Source: Candidatus Aenigmatarchaeota archaeon (lineage in GTDB: Archaea > Aenigmatarchaeota > Aenigmatarchaeia > GW2011-AR5). Taken from it: a DNA stretch of 64,000 nt. Position numbers and translations under genes: made by a program. Shown in pieces: positions 28,710 through 38,495 of the stretch. Location of the stretch: contig JAZDNV010000001.1 in NCBI GenBank assembly GCA_043799385.1, positions 1 to 64,000 of the forward strand, read 5' to 3'. Every line of letters begins with the position of its first letter. Position 1 is the stretch's first letter. A model generated the notes under the pieces. It was not told the DNA's origin, searched no databases, and saw nothing but the letters and a program-made list of their open reading frames with translations.

Positions 28710-29771
28710 ATGCCTAAAAAAATTATGCTTATTCTTGAAGACGGAACTACATTCTATGGACAGTCATTTGGTAGCGAGATATCAGTTTCTGGTGAAGTTG
28801 TTTTCAATACAGGCATGGTTGGTTATCCGGAATCATTGACAGACCCATCATACCACGGCCAACTATTGGTTTTAACTTATCCTCTTATAGTAAATTACGG
28901 TGTACCGTCCAATGATTTGGAAAATGGGTTGGCAAAACATTTTGAATCTGATAAGATTCATGTTCGTGGGTTAATTGTTTCTAGTTATATCGATGAATAC
29001 AGTCATTGGAACGCCAAGAAATCGTTATCAGAATGGCTAAAGGAAAATGGTGTTCCTGGTATTTATGGTATAGATACTAGGGTGTTGACAAAGAAAATCA
29101 GAGAAAATGGAACTATGCTTGGTAAGATAATAGTTGATGGAGATGTTGAATTTGAAAATCCGAATGAGAGGAATCTGGTTTCAGAAGTTAGTGTTAAAAA
29201 ACCGATAATTTATGAACGTGGTAAAAAAAGTGTTGTCGTTATTGATTGCGGAGTAAAAAATAATATAATAAGGGCATTGCTTAGTAGGAATATAACTGTC
29301 ATAAGGGTTCCGTGGAACTATGATTTTTCTGATATGAAATTTGATGGTGTTCTGATATCCAACGGTCCTGGGGACCCTAAAATATGTAAAGAGACTATCG
29401 CGATTGTAAAGAAAATTATGAAAGATGAAAAGCCTATGCTTGGTATTTGTTTAGGAAATCAAATTCTTGGTCTAGCAGCCGGTGCGGACACATATAAATT
29501 AAAATATGGTCATCGCGGTCAGAATCAACCGGCTGTTGAGTATGGAACTAAGAGATGTTACATAACAACACAAAATCATGGTTATGCTATTGATACAAAA
29601 ACATTACCAAATGATTGGAAGGAGTGGTTCTATAATAACAATGATAAGACAAATGAAGGGATAAAACATACGATAAAGCCGTTCTTTGGGACGCAGTTTC
29701 ATCCAGAAGCGGGTCCAGGACCAAGCGACACAAAATCTTTATTTGAAATGTTTCTGAGTGAGATAAAATGA
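28710..29771 (+). CDS. carA: Carbamoyl-phosphate synthase small subunit
   Basis: GEVVFNTGMVGY, SNGPGDP, GICLG, QFHPE. Confidence 0.97.
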   Translation: MPKKIMLILEDGTTFYGQSFGSEISVSGEVVFNTGMVGYPESLTDPSYHGQLLVLTYPLIVNYGVPSNDLENGLAKHFESDKIHVRGLIVSSYIDEYSHWNAKKSLSEWLKENGVPGIYGIDTRVLTKKIRENGTMLGKIIVDGDVEFENPNERNLVSEVSVKKPIIYERGKKSVVVIDCGVKNNIIRALLSRNITVIRVPWNYDFSDMKFDGVLISNGPGDPKICKETIAIVKKIMKDEKPMLGICLGNQILGLAAGADTYKLKYGHRGQNQPAVEYGTKRCYITTQNHGYAIDTKTLPNDWKEWFYNNNDKTNEGIKHTIKPFFGTQFHPEAGPGPSDTKSLFEMFLSEIK

Positions 29772-29823
29772 GATATGGAAACCACTATATTTTGAAAGTA
29801 ATAATACCTATGGTGTTTTCAAA

Positions 29824-32800
29824 ATGAAGAAATTAAAAAAGGTTTTAATAATCGGGTCAGGGGCCATAAGGATAGGTCAGGCGGGAGAATTCGATTATTC
29901 CGGTTCACAGTGCATCAAGGCCTTGAAGGAGGAGGAAATAGAAACTATCTTAGTTAACCCGAATATCGCTACTATTCAGACATCTGAACACCTAGCTGAT
30001 AAAATATATTTTTTACCGACAGATGCTTATTTTGTCGAGAAGATTATAGATAAGGAAAGACCTGATGGTATATTGTTAGGGTTTGGCGGGCAAACTGGTC
30101 TTAACACTGGTATCGAATTATCAGATATGGGTGTTTTTGAAAAATACAATATTGAAGTCTTGGGAACTCCTGTCGAGGCGATAAGGAATACAGAAGATCG
30201 TGATTTATTTGTTAAGAAATTAGGTGAAATTAATCTAAAGGTTCCGAAGAGCAAGGCAGTTAATTCTGTAGAAGAAGCCATTGATGCAGCTGAAGATGTT
30301 GGATATCCTGTAATGTGTAGGATTGCATATGCATTGGGTGGTCTTGGAAGCGGTGTTGCCTACGATAAGGGGCAATTATTTGATATCATAAAAAGGGCGT
30401 TCTCATTTACGAAACAGATTTTGGTAGAAGAATACCTTGACGGTTGGAAAGAAATAGAGTATGAAGTCGTCAGAGATTCATATGATAATTGCATAACTGT
30501 TTGTAATATGGAAAATATCGACCCGATGGGTATCCATACAGGCGAAAGTATTGTTGTTGCACCAAGCCAGACTTTGACAAATACTGAATATCATAAACTA
30601 AGGGAAATTTCAATACGTGTAATAAGACATCTTGGTATAGTCGGTGAATGTAATATACAATTCGCTTTGGATCCAAATTCGGAGGATTATAGAATAATAG
30701 AAGTCAATGCAAGATTATCTCGCTCATCCGCATTGGCAAGCAAGGCAACTGGTTATCCATTGGCGTTCATAGCAACGAAACTCGCTCTGGGTTATGGTTT
30801 GATTGAAGTTCAGAACGCAATAACCAAGGATACTTCTGCCTGTTTCGAGCCATCCCTTGACTATGTTGTTCTCAAAGTTCCTAGATGGGATTTACAGAAA
30901 TTTCGCGGCGTAATTGATGTAATTGGTTCTGAGATGAAATCCGTTGGCGAAGTCATGGCAATTGGAAGGACGTATGAAGAAGTCTTACAGAAAGCCATTA
31001 GAATGCTTGGCATAGACATGAATGGTATTGTCTGCAATAAAATAAATTTCAATAATAATATAGAAGAGGAGCTTAAGAACCCGACTGACAGGAGAACATT
31101 CGCAGTTGTAGAGGCAATGAAACGTGGGTACAGTATAGATAAAATACATGAATTATCAAAAATAGATGAATGGTTCTTACATAGGATGAAAAATATTGTA
31201 GAGATGGAAAAGAAACTACATGAATATAATATTGATGACATACCTCATGATGTATTGTTGTGCGCAAAAATGCTTGGTTTCTCTGATTTGCAAATTGCAG
31301 TATGTCTCAATTCTGATGAATCGGTTGTCAGAAAAAGGAGGAAGGAATTAAAAATAATTCCTGTAGTGAAACAAATCGATACGCTTGCAGGCGAGTTTCC
31401 GGCAAAAACAAATTATTTGTATTTCACATACAATGGAAATAAAGATGATATTGATTTCGAAGAGAAGGATCAGGTGATTGTTTTAGGCGGCGGCGCTTAT
31501 AGAATAGGGTCTTCTGTTGAATTTGACTGGTGCTGCGTTAATGCTGTTTTAACGTTGAGGAATTTGAATTATAGAACCGTGATGGTAAACTGCAACCCTG
31601 AAACCGTGAGCACTGACTATGATATATGTGATCGTCTGTATTTTGAAGAATTGACACTTGAAAGGATTCTTGATATATACGAAAAGGAGAATCCTATCGG
31701 TATCATCATATCGATGGGCGGGCAAATACCAAATAACTTGGTCTTACCTCTATATAATAATAGAGTTAATATACTTGGCACGAATCCTGTAAACATAGAC
31801 AATGCAGAGAATCGGCATAAATTTTCTAGTCTATTAGATTCGTTGGGTGTCGATCAACCTGAGTGGAAAGAGTTAACAAATTTTGTCGATGCAGGAGAAT
31901 TTTCTAAAAGGGTTGGATATCCTGTCTTGGTACGACCTTCCTATGTACTGAGTGGCTCTGCGATGAGCATTGTATTCAACGAAAAAGATTTAGAATTCTA
32001 TCTCAAAAAGGCATCTGATGTCAGTAAGGAACATCCGGTTGTCATTAGCAAATTTATAACAGGTGCAAAGGAGATAGAAATAGACGCTGTTGCGGACAAG
32101 GGTGAATTAATTACGTATGCTATCAATGAGCATGTTGAGAATGCTGGCATTCATTCAGGAGATGCCACAATGGTATTCCCTCCCCAAAATGTTTATGTAG
32201 AAACGATGAAAAGGATACTGGATATAACTAAAAAAATTGCAGAGGCGTTAGAGATAACCGGACCGTTCAACATTCAATTTCTTGCAAAGGAGAATGAAAT
32301 AAAGGTTATTGAATGCAATCTCAGGGCGTCAAGAAGTTTCCCTTTTGTTTCTAAGGTATCAAAAATAAATTTCAGTGATCTAGCAACGAAGGTTATAATG
32401 GGCCAAAAAATAGGGAAAAAAGACGCGATGAGTGTTAATTGTGTTGGTGTTAAAGCTCCTCAATTCTCTTTCTCAAGATTGAAAGGCGCAGATCCTATAT
32501 TGACTGTGGAGATGACATCAACAGGCGAGGTGGCTTGTCTGGGGGATGATCTAAATGAAGCTTTTCTCAAATCAATAATTTCTACTGGATTTTATCCTCC
32601 GAGTAAGAGTGTTCTTGTTAGCGTAGGCGGTTATAAAAATAAATACAAACTCTTGGATAGTATTAAGACCTTAGAGTACTTAGGATTTGAGATATATGCA
32701 ACAGAAAAAACGTCAGAATTTTTAAGTGAGTATGGAATAAAAAATATTATGGTACAGAAAGTCAGCGAAGACTTTTCTGAATTAAACATTATAAATTTAC

Positions 32801-33006
32801 TGAAAAATAAAAAAATAGACCTTGTAATAAATATTCCAAAAGATTTCACAAAACAGGAGCTGGAAGATGAATATATAATAAGAAGGCATTCGGTAGACTA
32901 TGCTATTCCTCTATTAACTAATATGGAATTATCTGAATTGTTCATTAAAACAATAACCAAAAAAAGCCTAAATGACCTGAAGATAAAGGCATGGGATGAA
33001 TATTAA
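29824..33006 (+). CDS. carB: Carbamoyl-phosphate synthase large subunit
   Basis: IGQAGEFDYSG, duplicated ATP-grasp domains, RPSYVLSG, C-terminal MGS domain. Confidence 0.98.
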   Translation: MKKLKKVLIIGSGAIRIGQAGEFDYSGSQCIKALKEEEIETILVNPNIATIQTSEHLADKIYFLPTDAYFVEKIIDKERPDGILLGFGGQTGLNTGIELSDMGVFEKYNIEVLGTPVEAIRNTEDRDLFVKKLGEINLKVPKSKAVNSVEEAIDAAEDVGYPVMCRIAYALGGLGSGVAYDKGQLFDIIKRAFSFTKQILVEEYLDGWKEIEYEVVRDSYDNCITVCNMENIDPMGIHTGESIVVAPSQTLTNTEYHKLREISIRVIRHLGIVGECNIQFALDPNSEDYRIIEVNARLSRSSALASKATGYPLAFIATKLALGYGLIEVQNAITKDTSACFEPSLDYVVLKVPRWDLQKFRGVIDVIGSEMKSVGEVMAIGRTYEEVLQKAIRMLGIDMNGIVCNKINFNNNIEEELKNPTDRRTFAVVEAMKRGYSIDKIHELSKIDEWFLHRMKNIVEMEKKLHEYNIDDIPHDVLLCAKMLGFSDLQIAVCLNSDESVVRKRRKELKIIPVVKQIDTLAGEFPAKTNYLYFTYNGNKDDIDFEEKDQVIVLGGGAYRIGSSVEFDWCCVNAVLTLRNLNYRTVMVNCNPETVSTDYDICDRLYFEELTLERILDIYEKENPIGIIISMGGQIPNNLVLPLYNNRVNILGTNPVNIDNAENRHKFSSLLDSLGVDQPEWKELTNFVDAGEFSKRVGYPVLVRPSYVLSGSAMSIVFNEKDLEFYLKKASDVSKEHPVVISKFITGAKEIEIDAVADKGELITYAINEHVENAGIHSGDATMVFPPQNVYVETMKRILDITKKIAEALEITGPFNIQFLAKENEIKVIECNLRASRSFPFVSKVSKINFSDLATKVIMGQKIGKKDAMSVNCVGVKAPQFSFSRLKGADPILTVEMTSTGEVACLGDDLNEAFLKSIISTGFYPPSKSVLVSVGGYKNKYKLLDSIKTLEYLGFEIYATEKTSEFLSEYGIKNIMVQKVSEDFSELNIINLLKNKKIDLVINIPKDFTKQELEDEYIIRRHSVDYAIPLLTNMELSELFIKTITKKSLNDLKIKAWDEY

Positions 33007-33167
33007 TAGCCCTGCCAGGATTTTCTCAACCATTTCTTTCCTTCAACGCTTTCTTTTAAGAAAGGGCTGCTTCGAACCTGGGTCTCAAGGTTTCTCTCTG
33101 TTTTGTGTCATTTTGTTACGAAGTTTAGACCAGAGCCTCGCATCCTTGACCACTAGACTACAGGGCT
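33007..33167 (-). tRNA. tRNA-Gln(CUG) with two introns: 38 nt at 37/38 (33092-33129) and 50 nt at 59/60 (33021-33070)
   Basis: Acceptor AGCCCTG/CAGGGCT, anticodon arm CGAGG-CT-CTG-G|A-CCTTG, T arm CCAGG-TTCGAA|T-CCTGG; BHB-like motifs at both junctions. Confidence 0.9.
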
Positions 33168-33201
33168 ATCAATAAGAATTAAAGAGAGGAAAGGATTAAA
33201 A

Positions 33202-33459
33202 TCATCTTTCCATATCCTGCAGGGCCCTGCTGCCGTTTTTTGTTATTATGTAGCAGGTGGAGCCAATAGGATTTATCGTCGTGACGAGATTCTTCTCTAT
33301 GAGGCCGCGGGTCGCCGAATCTATTATCACGTTCAAATCCTTCCCCGCATTGCCATCGTCTTTGATGATTTTTTTCAACTCGTTCTTTGTCACTAGGCTG
33401 GACTCTCCTATCTTCCTCAGCAATTTTTCCTCGATTTTTGTCAGACTCATTTTAATCAA
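33202..33459 (-). CDS. Winged-helix DNA-binding protein
   Basis: LIEKNLV...YIITKNG wing signature. Confidence 0.75.
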   Translation of the reverse strand: MIKMSLTKIEEKLLRKIGESSLVTKNELKKIIKDDGNAGKDLNVIIDSATRGLIEKNLVTTINPIGSTCYIITKNGSRALQDMER

Positions 33460-33988
33460 CTGCCATTTGTTCTCTTAGCTTTTTTTCAACGCCCTTGCCA
33501 GAAATTATTTCAACTATTTTCAACGCGAACTCTATTGCCGTTCCTGGACCCTTGGATGTTATAACATTTTTATCAACGATAACCTTTGCATCACGCACTC
33601 TGGGCAATTCTTTTTCCAAACCGGTAGCTATCGTTCCTATTCTGTCCTCCATTATCCCTGCCTTTGCGAGCACAGAAGGCGCACCGCATATGGCTGCTAT
33701 CAATTTTTTCTTCTTCTCAAAATTCTTTACCAGATTGATAACGATTTGGCTGTTTGCAAGATTCTTGTAGCCTGGGTTACCGCCTGGTAGTATTAAAATA
33801 TCATAATCGTTCGTATTGATATCACCCAGCCTTTTATCGGCCATCACGCGGACGGCATGTGAACTTTCAACTATAGTGGAAATTAGACCTGCGACCGTTA
33901 CGTCTATCTTTGCCCTGCGCAGTATATCGACTACTGCAAATGACTCGATTTCTTCAAAACCATTAGCCAAAATTACCAGAGCCTTCAT
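33452..33988 (-). CDS. DJ-1/PfpI (ThiJ/YajL) family protein
   Basis: GFEEIE, ILPGG, AAICGAP, TSKGPGTA. Confidence 0.95.
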   Translation of the reverse strand: MKALVILANGFEEIESFAVVDILRRAKIDVTVAGLISTIVESSHAVRVMADKRLGDINTNDYDILILPGGNPGYKNLANSQIVINLVKNFEKKKKLIAAICGAPSVLAKAGIMEDRIGTIATGLEKELPRVRDAKVIVDKNVITSKGPGTAIEFALKIVEIISGKGVEKKLREQMAVD

Positions 33989-34093
33989 ACTAAATCTAAT
34001 AATATTCGTTATTTCTATATAAAGTTTCGTAAAGTTTTTTCAAAAGACGATAGATATAAAAGCGTTGACAATGGATTAATTAGAGGTGGTTCG

Positions 34094-34576
34094 ATGCCCA
34101 TAGTTGGACTCAATATTAAATCAATAACAGCCAAGATGACCAAGTTAGACGAAAAAAAGGATGACAAAACGTCAGTTAGAAAAATAAACACCAAGATAAC
34201 GCCTGAAGTCGTGAACGTTGAGAGTTTCGACAAAAAGCTTGCTGATATCCCTAATTTTAACACTGACAACATCATAAAAATCATTTTCAAATTCGAAATA
34301 AGCTACGAACTGAAAACTGATGAGAAGAAAGGGGAGAAGATAGGTGAAATTGTGTTTAATGGTGATTTCCTATATCAAACAAACGATACAAAGAACGTAT
34401 TGAACAGATGGAAAAAAGAAAAGAAATTAGAAAATAATATTACCGCTGAAATTTATGACAGGATTTTCAGAACATTCCTATCGAATGCTGTCGGCATAGC
34501 GAATTATTTCATGCTGCCACCTCCGATAGAATTTCCAAAATTCGAGTTCAAGGACAGCGACGAATACATCGGCTAG
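34094..34576 (+). CDS. Archaeal protein, probable SecB-like fold
   Basis: Alternating beta strands, C-terminal helix, LPPPI motif; ends in DEYIG. Confidence 0.6.
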   Translation: MPIVGLNIKSITAKMTKLDEKKDDKTSVRKINTKITPEVVNVESFDKKLADIPNFNTDNIIKIIFKFEISYELKTDEKKGEKIGEIVFNGDFLYQTNDTKNVLNRWKKEKKLENNITAEIYDRIFRTFLSNAVGIANYFMLPPPIEFPKFEFKDSDEYIG

Positions 34577-34800
34577 TCGATAACCGCACCGTATATATTC
34601 TCAAATCTTTTTTGCAACTGTTCTAGTCTTTCTGTTAACAAATTTATTTTTACATTAATTTCATCTATCTCTATTTTTAACAAATCAATTCCAGTGTGTT
34701 CATCTAACTTTTTAATGATCGAATCAACATTATTTTTCAAATCATCCAGCAATATTTCTCTTCTCTCGTCGCTCGTTAGTTCTTCGGTTATTTCAGTCAT
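34573..34800 (-). CDS. Small coiled-coil protein
   Basis: Heptad pattern; start taken at ATG 34800. Confidence 0.55.
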   Translation of the reverse strand: MTEITEELTSDERREILLDDLKNNVDSIIKKLDEHTGIDLLKIEIDEINVKINLLTERLEQLQKRFENIYGAVID

Positions 34801-34870
34801 GATACTAGAATATGGATAAAAATATTTATGCTCCAAAAAATCTTTTTATTCGGAAAAAAGAAGTATAATC

Positions 34871-35089
34871 ATGTGCCTAAAAAATATATACGCTAAAGGA
34901 ATTTGCACAGCAGTATGCATGACAGGTTTTATAACATTGCTTGTCAGCGGTTTTCTATATCAGGCGAAAGCAGGCTCGCTTCTGGCAGATTATTCAGCAC
35001 TTGCAAACGTTCTTGCCAGATATTTCGTTGCATTCCTGTTCGTAGGCTGTGCAAAATGCTGCATGAAGTGCGATAAGAAGAAGAGGTAA
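34871..35089 (+). CDS. Small two-TM Cys-rich protein
   Basis: Two hydrophobic helices. Confidence 0.5.
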   Translation: MCLKNIYAKGICTAVCMTGFITLLVSGFLYQAKAGSLLADYSALANVLARYFVAFLFVGCAKCCMKCDKKKR

Positions 35090-35283
35090 TCTGAACTTTT
35101 CGATTCATGCATTTTTTTAGTTTTTATAATTTCTTCTGTAACATCTATTAAATAAAATATATTTTTAACAATATTCATTAAATTGGAGATGATATATGTA
35201 CTATAACAGATATTTTATAGTATATAATATTGATATGTAGGTTAAAAATATTAAAAATTGCTTGTTATCCCTCACATAAAAGA

Positions 35284-35838
35284 CTATTCATCGACGACAT
35301 TTTCATTTACTTCATTAACGCCTTCTTCGCTTTCTTCTGATATCTCCTGCGGTTCTACATTTTCATCGGTTTTTGCATCTACCTTTTCCTTCCTTGCTAT
35401 ACCTAGCATGAGTAGGTCATCGAAATCCTTGGCTATTCTTCTGGTTTTTCGCATGAAAGACTTCATCGACGACTCAACGCGGTCCATTAGGCGATTAACT
35501 GTATTAGCCGGAAGCATGTAACCCTTGATAAAGCCGCTGCCGGCTGGTATTTTCACGAACTCTATGAGGCCGATAGAACGCCACTTTCTAAGTTCTTCGT
35601 AAGTTTGCGATTGCGAAACCTGCAATATCTGCGATATCTTTTCTATCGACAACGGGATGTTATCCTTTTTCATCTTTAGCAATTCCAGAAGTAGTTCCGC
35701 ATGCCTTGCCTTACTCTCTTTCCTTTTCAGTCCAAGACGCTTTACCAAAACACGGGATAGGTCTTCTAAACTCAAATCCGTCTTATGGTCAGGCGGGCTT
35801 ATTCTTTGAAAAACCATATCAGATAACTTTTTTTTCAT
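35284..35838 (-). CDS. Winged-helix transcriptional regulator with acidic tail
   Basis: SIEKISQILQVSQSQTYEELRKWRSIGLIE HTH. Confidence 0.8.
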   Translation of the reverse strand: MKKKLSDMVFQRISPPDHKTDLSLEDLSRVLVKRLGLKRKESKARHAELLLELLKMKKDNIPLSIEKISQILQVSQSQTYEELRKWRSIGLIEFVKIPAGSGFIKGYMLPANTVNRLMDRVESSMKSFMRKTRRIAKDFDDLLMLGIARKEKVDAKTDENVEPQEISEESEEGVNEVNENVVDE

Positions 35839-35847
35839 AAAATCATC

Positions 35848-36045
35848 TTATGAATTGCTATTTTTTACGCTGCTTTTTTCGCTGGAGGGTATGGTATTGG
35901 CTGAATATATACACAGCAAGTGGTCAGTAATTTGCAATTTTTGGCCATAACAACCGCCAACTGAGCGGCAAAAACCATCAGGAATTTCGTGCAATAATAT
36001 TCCAGACAAAAAATTAGTCATTTTATCACATTCATAATTAGGCAA
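35848..36045 (-). CDS. Small hypothetical protein
   Basis: Co-oriented ORF with several Cys; weak support. Confidence 0.35.
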   Translation of the reverse strand: MPNYECDKMTNFLSGILLHEIPDGFCRSVGGCYGQKLQITDHLLCIYSANTIPSSEKSSVKNSNS

Positions 36046-36084
36046 GAGTAAGTTTTTAAAGTGCTCGGTTTTTCATATGTTTGG

Positions 36085-36104
36085 TATGTAACCTTGGTTA
36101 CATA
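36085..36104. promoter_or_regulatory. Perfect 9-2-9 palindrome, probable operator
   Basis: tatgtaacc-tt-ggttacata in intergenic DNA. Confidence 0.55.
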
Positions 36105-36186
36105 GCAGACGTCCTTGTCCATGGACTTTTTGGTTTTCACTACTTATGATAGAAATTATGGTCAAGAATTGGAGTAAGCAGGTTTT

Positions 36187-36873
36187 TCATATCTGACTAT
36201 CTGAGATGTGTCCGTTTTTTTCAGAATTAGGGTAGAATCTTATTTTTTGTCCGCCTGACCTATGCAAAGTCACAGGCGTCTCCAGGATATGTGTTAAATA
36301 CCTGTTTTTTCTCTTGTATGGTTCTTCTCCCACTATCCTTGCAATGAAGTATCCGACCAAAAGAGCCATGCCACAGGCAGCAAGATAACCAAAACCCTCT
36401 ATACCTTTTTCTACCTGACCTGTGCTAACACCCTGATATATTCCTGTTCCAAGCGCAGACAGGTCTATTAGTAAATCCGTACCAACTGCAACATCTCCAA
36501 CCAACTCCCATCTGTCTGCCATAGCCCTGCTGTAATCTGCTTCAGAACCAACTGATTTATTGGTAACATTGATGATATCTGCTGTCTTGAGGCTTGACCT
36601 AGATGATGGATATAAATGGATTTCTTTCACAGGAAGTTCGTATTCCTTTTTCTCCCTTCCAATTTTTTCTCTCACATGTCTCATCAACCTTCTTACAGGC
36701 TTTAGTTCGTTCATGCGCCTCGTTCTCTCAAGGTCCTCAGCTTCCTTGTATCCTTTGTAGAGGTTTTCCATGAAATCGTCTGTCAACTCTCCGTCTTTGA
36801 CTATATCATCAAAGCTGTTTATTTTGACGTCTAAGGTGCTTTTTTTCTCATTGAATTCGGTAGTTATTGACAT
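36187..36873 (-). CDS. Hypothetical membrane protein
   Basis: 228 aa with two hydrophobic segments. Confidence 0.7.
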   Translation of the reverse strand: MSITTEFNEKKSTLDVKINSFDDIVKDGELTDDFMENLYKGYKEAEDLERTRRMNELKPVRRLMRHVREKIGREKKEYELPVKEIHLYPSSRSSLKTADIINVTNKSVGSEADYSRAMADRWELVGDVAVGTDLLIDLSALGTGIYQGVSTGQVEKGIEGFGYLAACGMALLVGYFIARIVGEEPYKRKNRYLTHILETPVTLHRSGGQKIRFYPNSEKNGHISDSQI

Positions 36874-36935
36874 AGTTCAGCTATAGAAGAAAAACTCTTA
36901 AATCTAGTGGGAAAAACGTGGGTATATATAGTTGC

Positions 36936-37217
36936 CTATTTCTTCTTCTTCAGTTTCGAGAATTTCCTTAGGACGTTCTCGAAATCGCCTGCCAAATCAA
37001 GTCCGTCCTGCGTTAATTTTACGAACTTTATCCTACCCTCTTTCTCGAACTCAACAAGACCCAGGGTCATGAATATGTCTAGTAGTTTCACCGTGTGCGA
37101 ATACGTGCAATCTGTTTCTTTTGCAAGGATGGATACGTAAGCGTCGCCCTTGTTTTTTATATTGAGAAGTAGTCTTACCGGCTTTCTTCTGAGAAACAAT
37201 TCCTCCATCTCCGACAT
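36936..37217 (-). CDS. Archaeal MarR-like wHTH protein
   Basis: YVSILAKETDCTYSHTVKLL...GLVEFEKEGRIKFVKLT..G. Confidence 0.88.
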   Translation of the reverse strand: MSEMEELFLRRKPVRLLLNIKNKGDAYVSILAKETDCTYSHTVKLLDIFMTLGLVEFEKEGRIKFVKLTQDGLDLAGDFENVLRKFSKLKKKK

Positions 37218-37292
37218 ATTTACTTTAATATATGTTTTCGAGGTTTAAATATTTTTTAAGACCATTTAAAAATATATAAGGAAGGTAATGCT

Positions 37293-37502
37293 ATGGAAAT
37301 GACGTTGCAGTCGATGCGGAGATTGTTCAAAAAAGCTGGCGCAAAGCGTGTTTCTGACAAGGCTGCCATAGAATTGGGCAAAATAGTTGAAACAAAGGCT
37401 AGTTCGATGCTTCTGGAGGCAAAAAAAGTGTCGGAACACAGCGGTCGCAGAACGATATTGAAAAGGGATGTAAAACTCGCAAAAAAGATTCTGGAAGAGT
37501 AA
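37293..37502 (+). CDS. Archaeal histone (HMf/nucleosomal type)
   Basis: RRLFKKAGAKRVSDKA...HSGRRTI..RDV. Confidence 0.93.
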   Translation: MEMTLQSMRRLFKKAGAKRVSDKAAIELGKIVETKASSMLLEAKKVSEHSGRRTILKRDVKLAKKILEE

Positions 37503-37535
37503 CAACTTTAAACATTTTTCCGTGTTATTATCACC

Positions 37536-38495
37536 ATGCTTGACGAGCTAGTCAAAACGGTTTCTGCTGCTTCTGGTCTTAACGAAGAAAACATACGGAT
37601 CAAGATAGCTGAAAAACAGAGGGAACTTTCTGGTCTAGTGTCCGAAGAAGGCGCATGCCATATAATTGCTCGAGAGCTTGGCGTAAAGCTGATACGTGAA
37701 TGCAAGAGACTCAACATAAAGAACGTTATTCCTGGGATGCAGAACGTGGATATAATTGGCAGGATAATAAAAATCTTCCCTGCTCGCGAGTTTGGCAATG
37801 AAAAGAAGGGCAGAGTAGCCAGCATCTTTGTTGCAGACGAGACCGGACCTATAAGATTATCGCTATGGGACAGCGAAACCGACAAAATAAGCGAGTTCAG
37901 CGTCGGCGATGTCATCCAGATAAAGGGTTACGTAAAGGATAACCTCGGCGAGCCAGAGATACGTCTAGGCAGGTACGGCTCAATCGAAAAAATAACACAT
38001 GAGATGCCTGAGTTAAAAAATCTAGGCGGATTTGAGAGAAGAACAGAGAGAATTGCAATATACGAGATGAAAGAGAACCAATATTGCGAAATTCGAGCTT
38101 GCTTAATAAGCGTATTCGAGTCAAATCCGTTTTACAGCGTCTGCTCAAAGTGCGGTTCGCGGTTGAAGGATGATAAATGTCCAGAACATGGCGTTGTGGA
38201 GCCGGAGTATGAACTGGTCTTGACGGGCATAATAGACGATGGCTCAGACTCGATAAGGGCGGTATTTTTCCGCGACAACGCCGAGAAGGTATTGGGCATG
38301 GCAAAGAATGACGCGAAGAAGGTCGTTTTCGGCAGAGGCGTTCCTGCATTGATAGATAAAATAGAATTAGGGGTGGAGTTTATATTTGCTGGCAGGGTCA
38401 AGAAAAATATGTTATTCGACAGGCTTGAGTTTATAGTCAATAGCATTAAAAATGTTGATGTTAAGGATGAGATAGAGATGATGCTGAATGCCTAA
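37536..38495 (+). CDS. rpa: Replication protein A (OB folds plus Zn finger)
   Basis: [31 protein letters not shown]. Confidence 0.9.
   Translation: MLDELVKTVSAASGLNEENIRIKIAEKQRELSGLVSEEGACHIIARELGVKLIRECKRLNIKNVIPGMQNVDIIGRIIKIFPAREFGNEKKGRVASIFVADETGPIRLSLWDSETDKISEFSVGDVIQIKGYVKDNLGEPEIRLGRYGSIEKITHEMPELKNLGGFERRTERIAIYEMKENQYCEIRACLISVFESNPFYSVCSKCGSRLKDDKCPEHGVVEPEYELVLTGIIDDGSDSIRAVFFRDNAEKVLGMAKNDAKKVVFGRGVPALIDKIELGVEFIFAGRVKKNMLFDRLEFIVNSIKNVDVKDEIEMMLNA

Noticed and set aside
16207..33167. Provirus or island bounded by the two tRNAs
   Set aside because: The interval holds core genes; no integrase or duplicated tRNA 3' end (att site) was seen.
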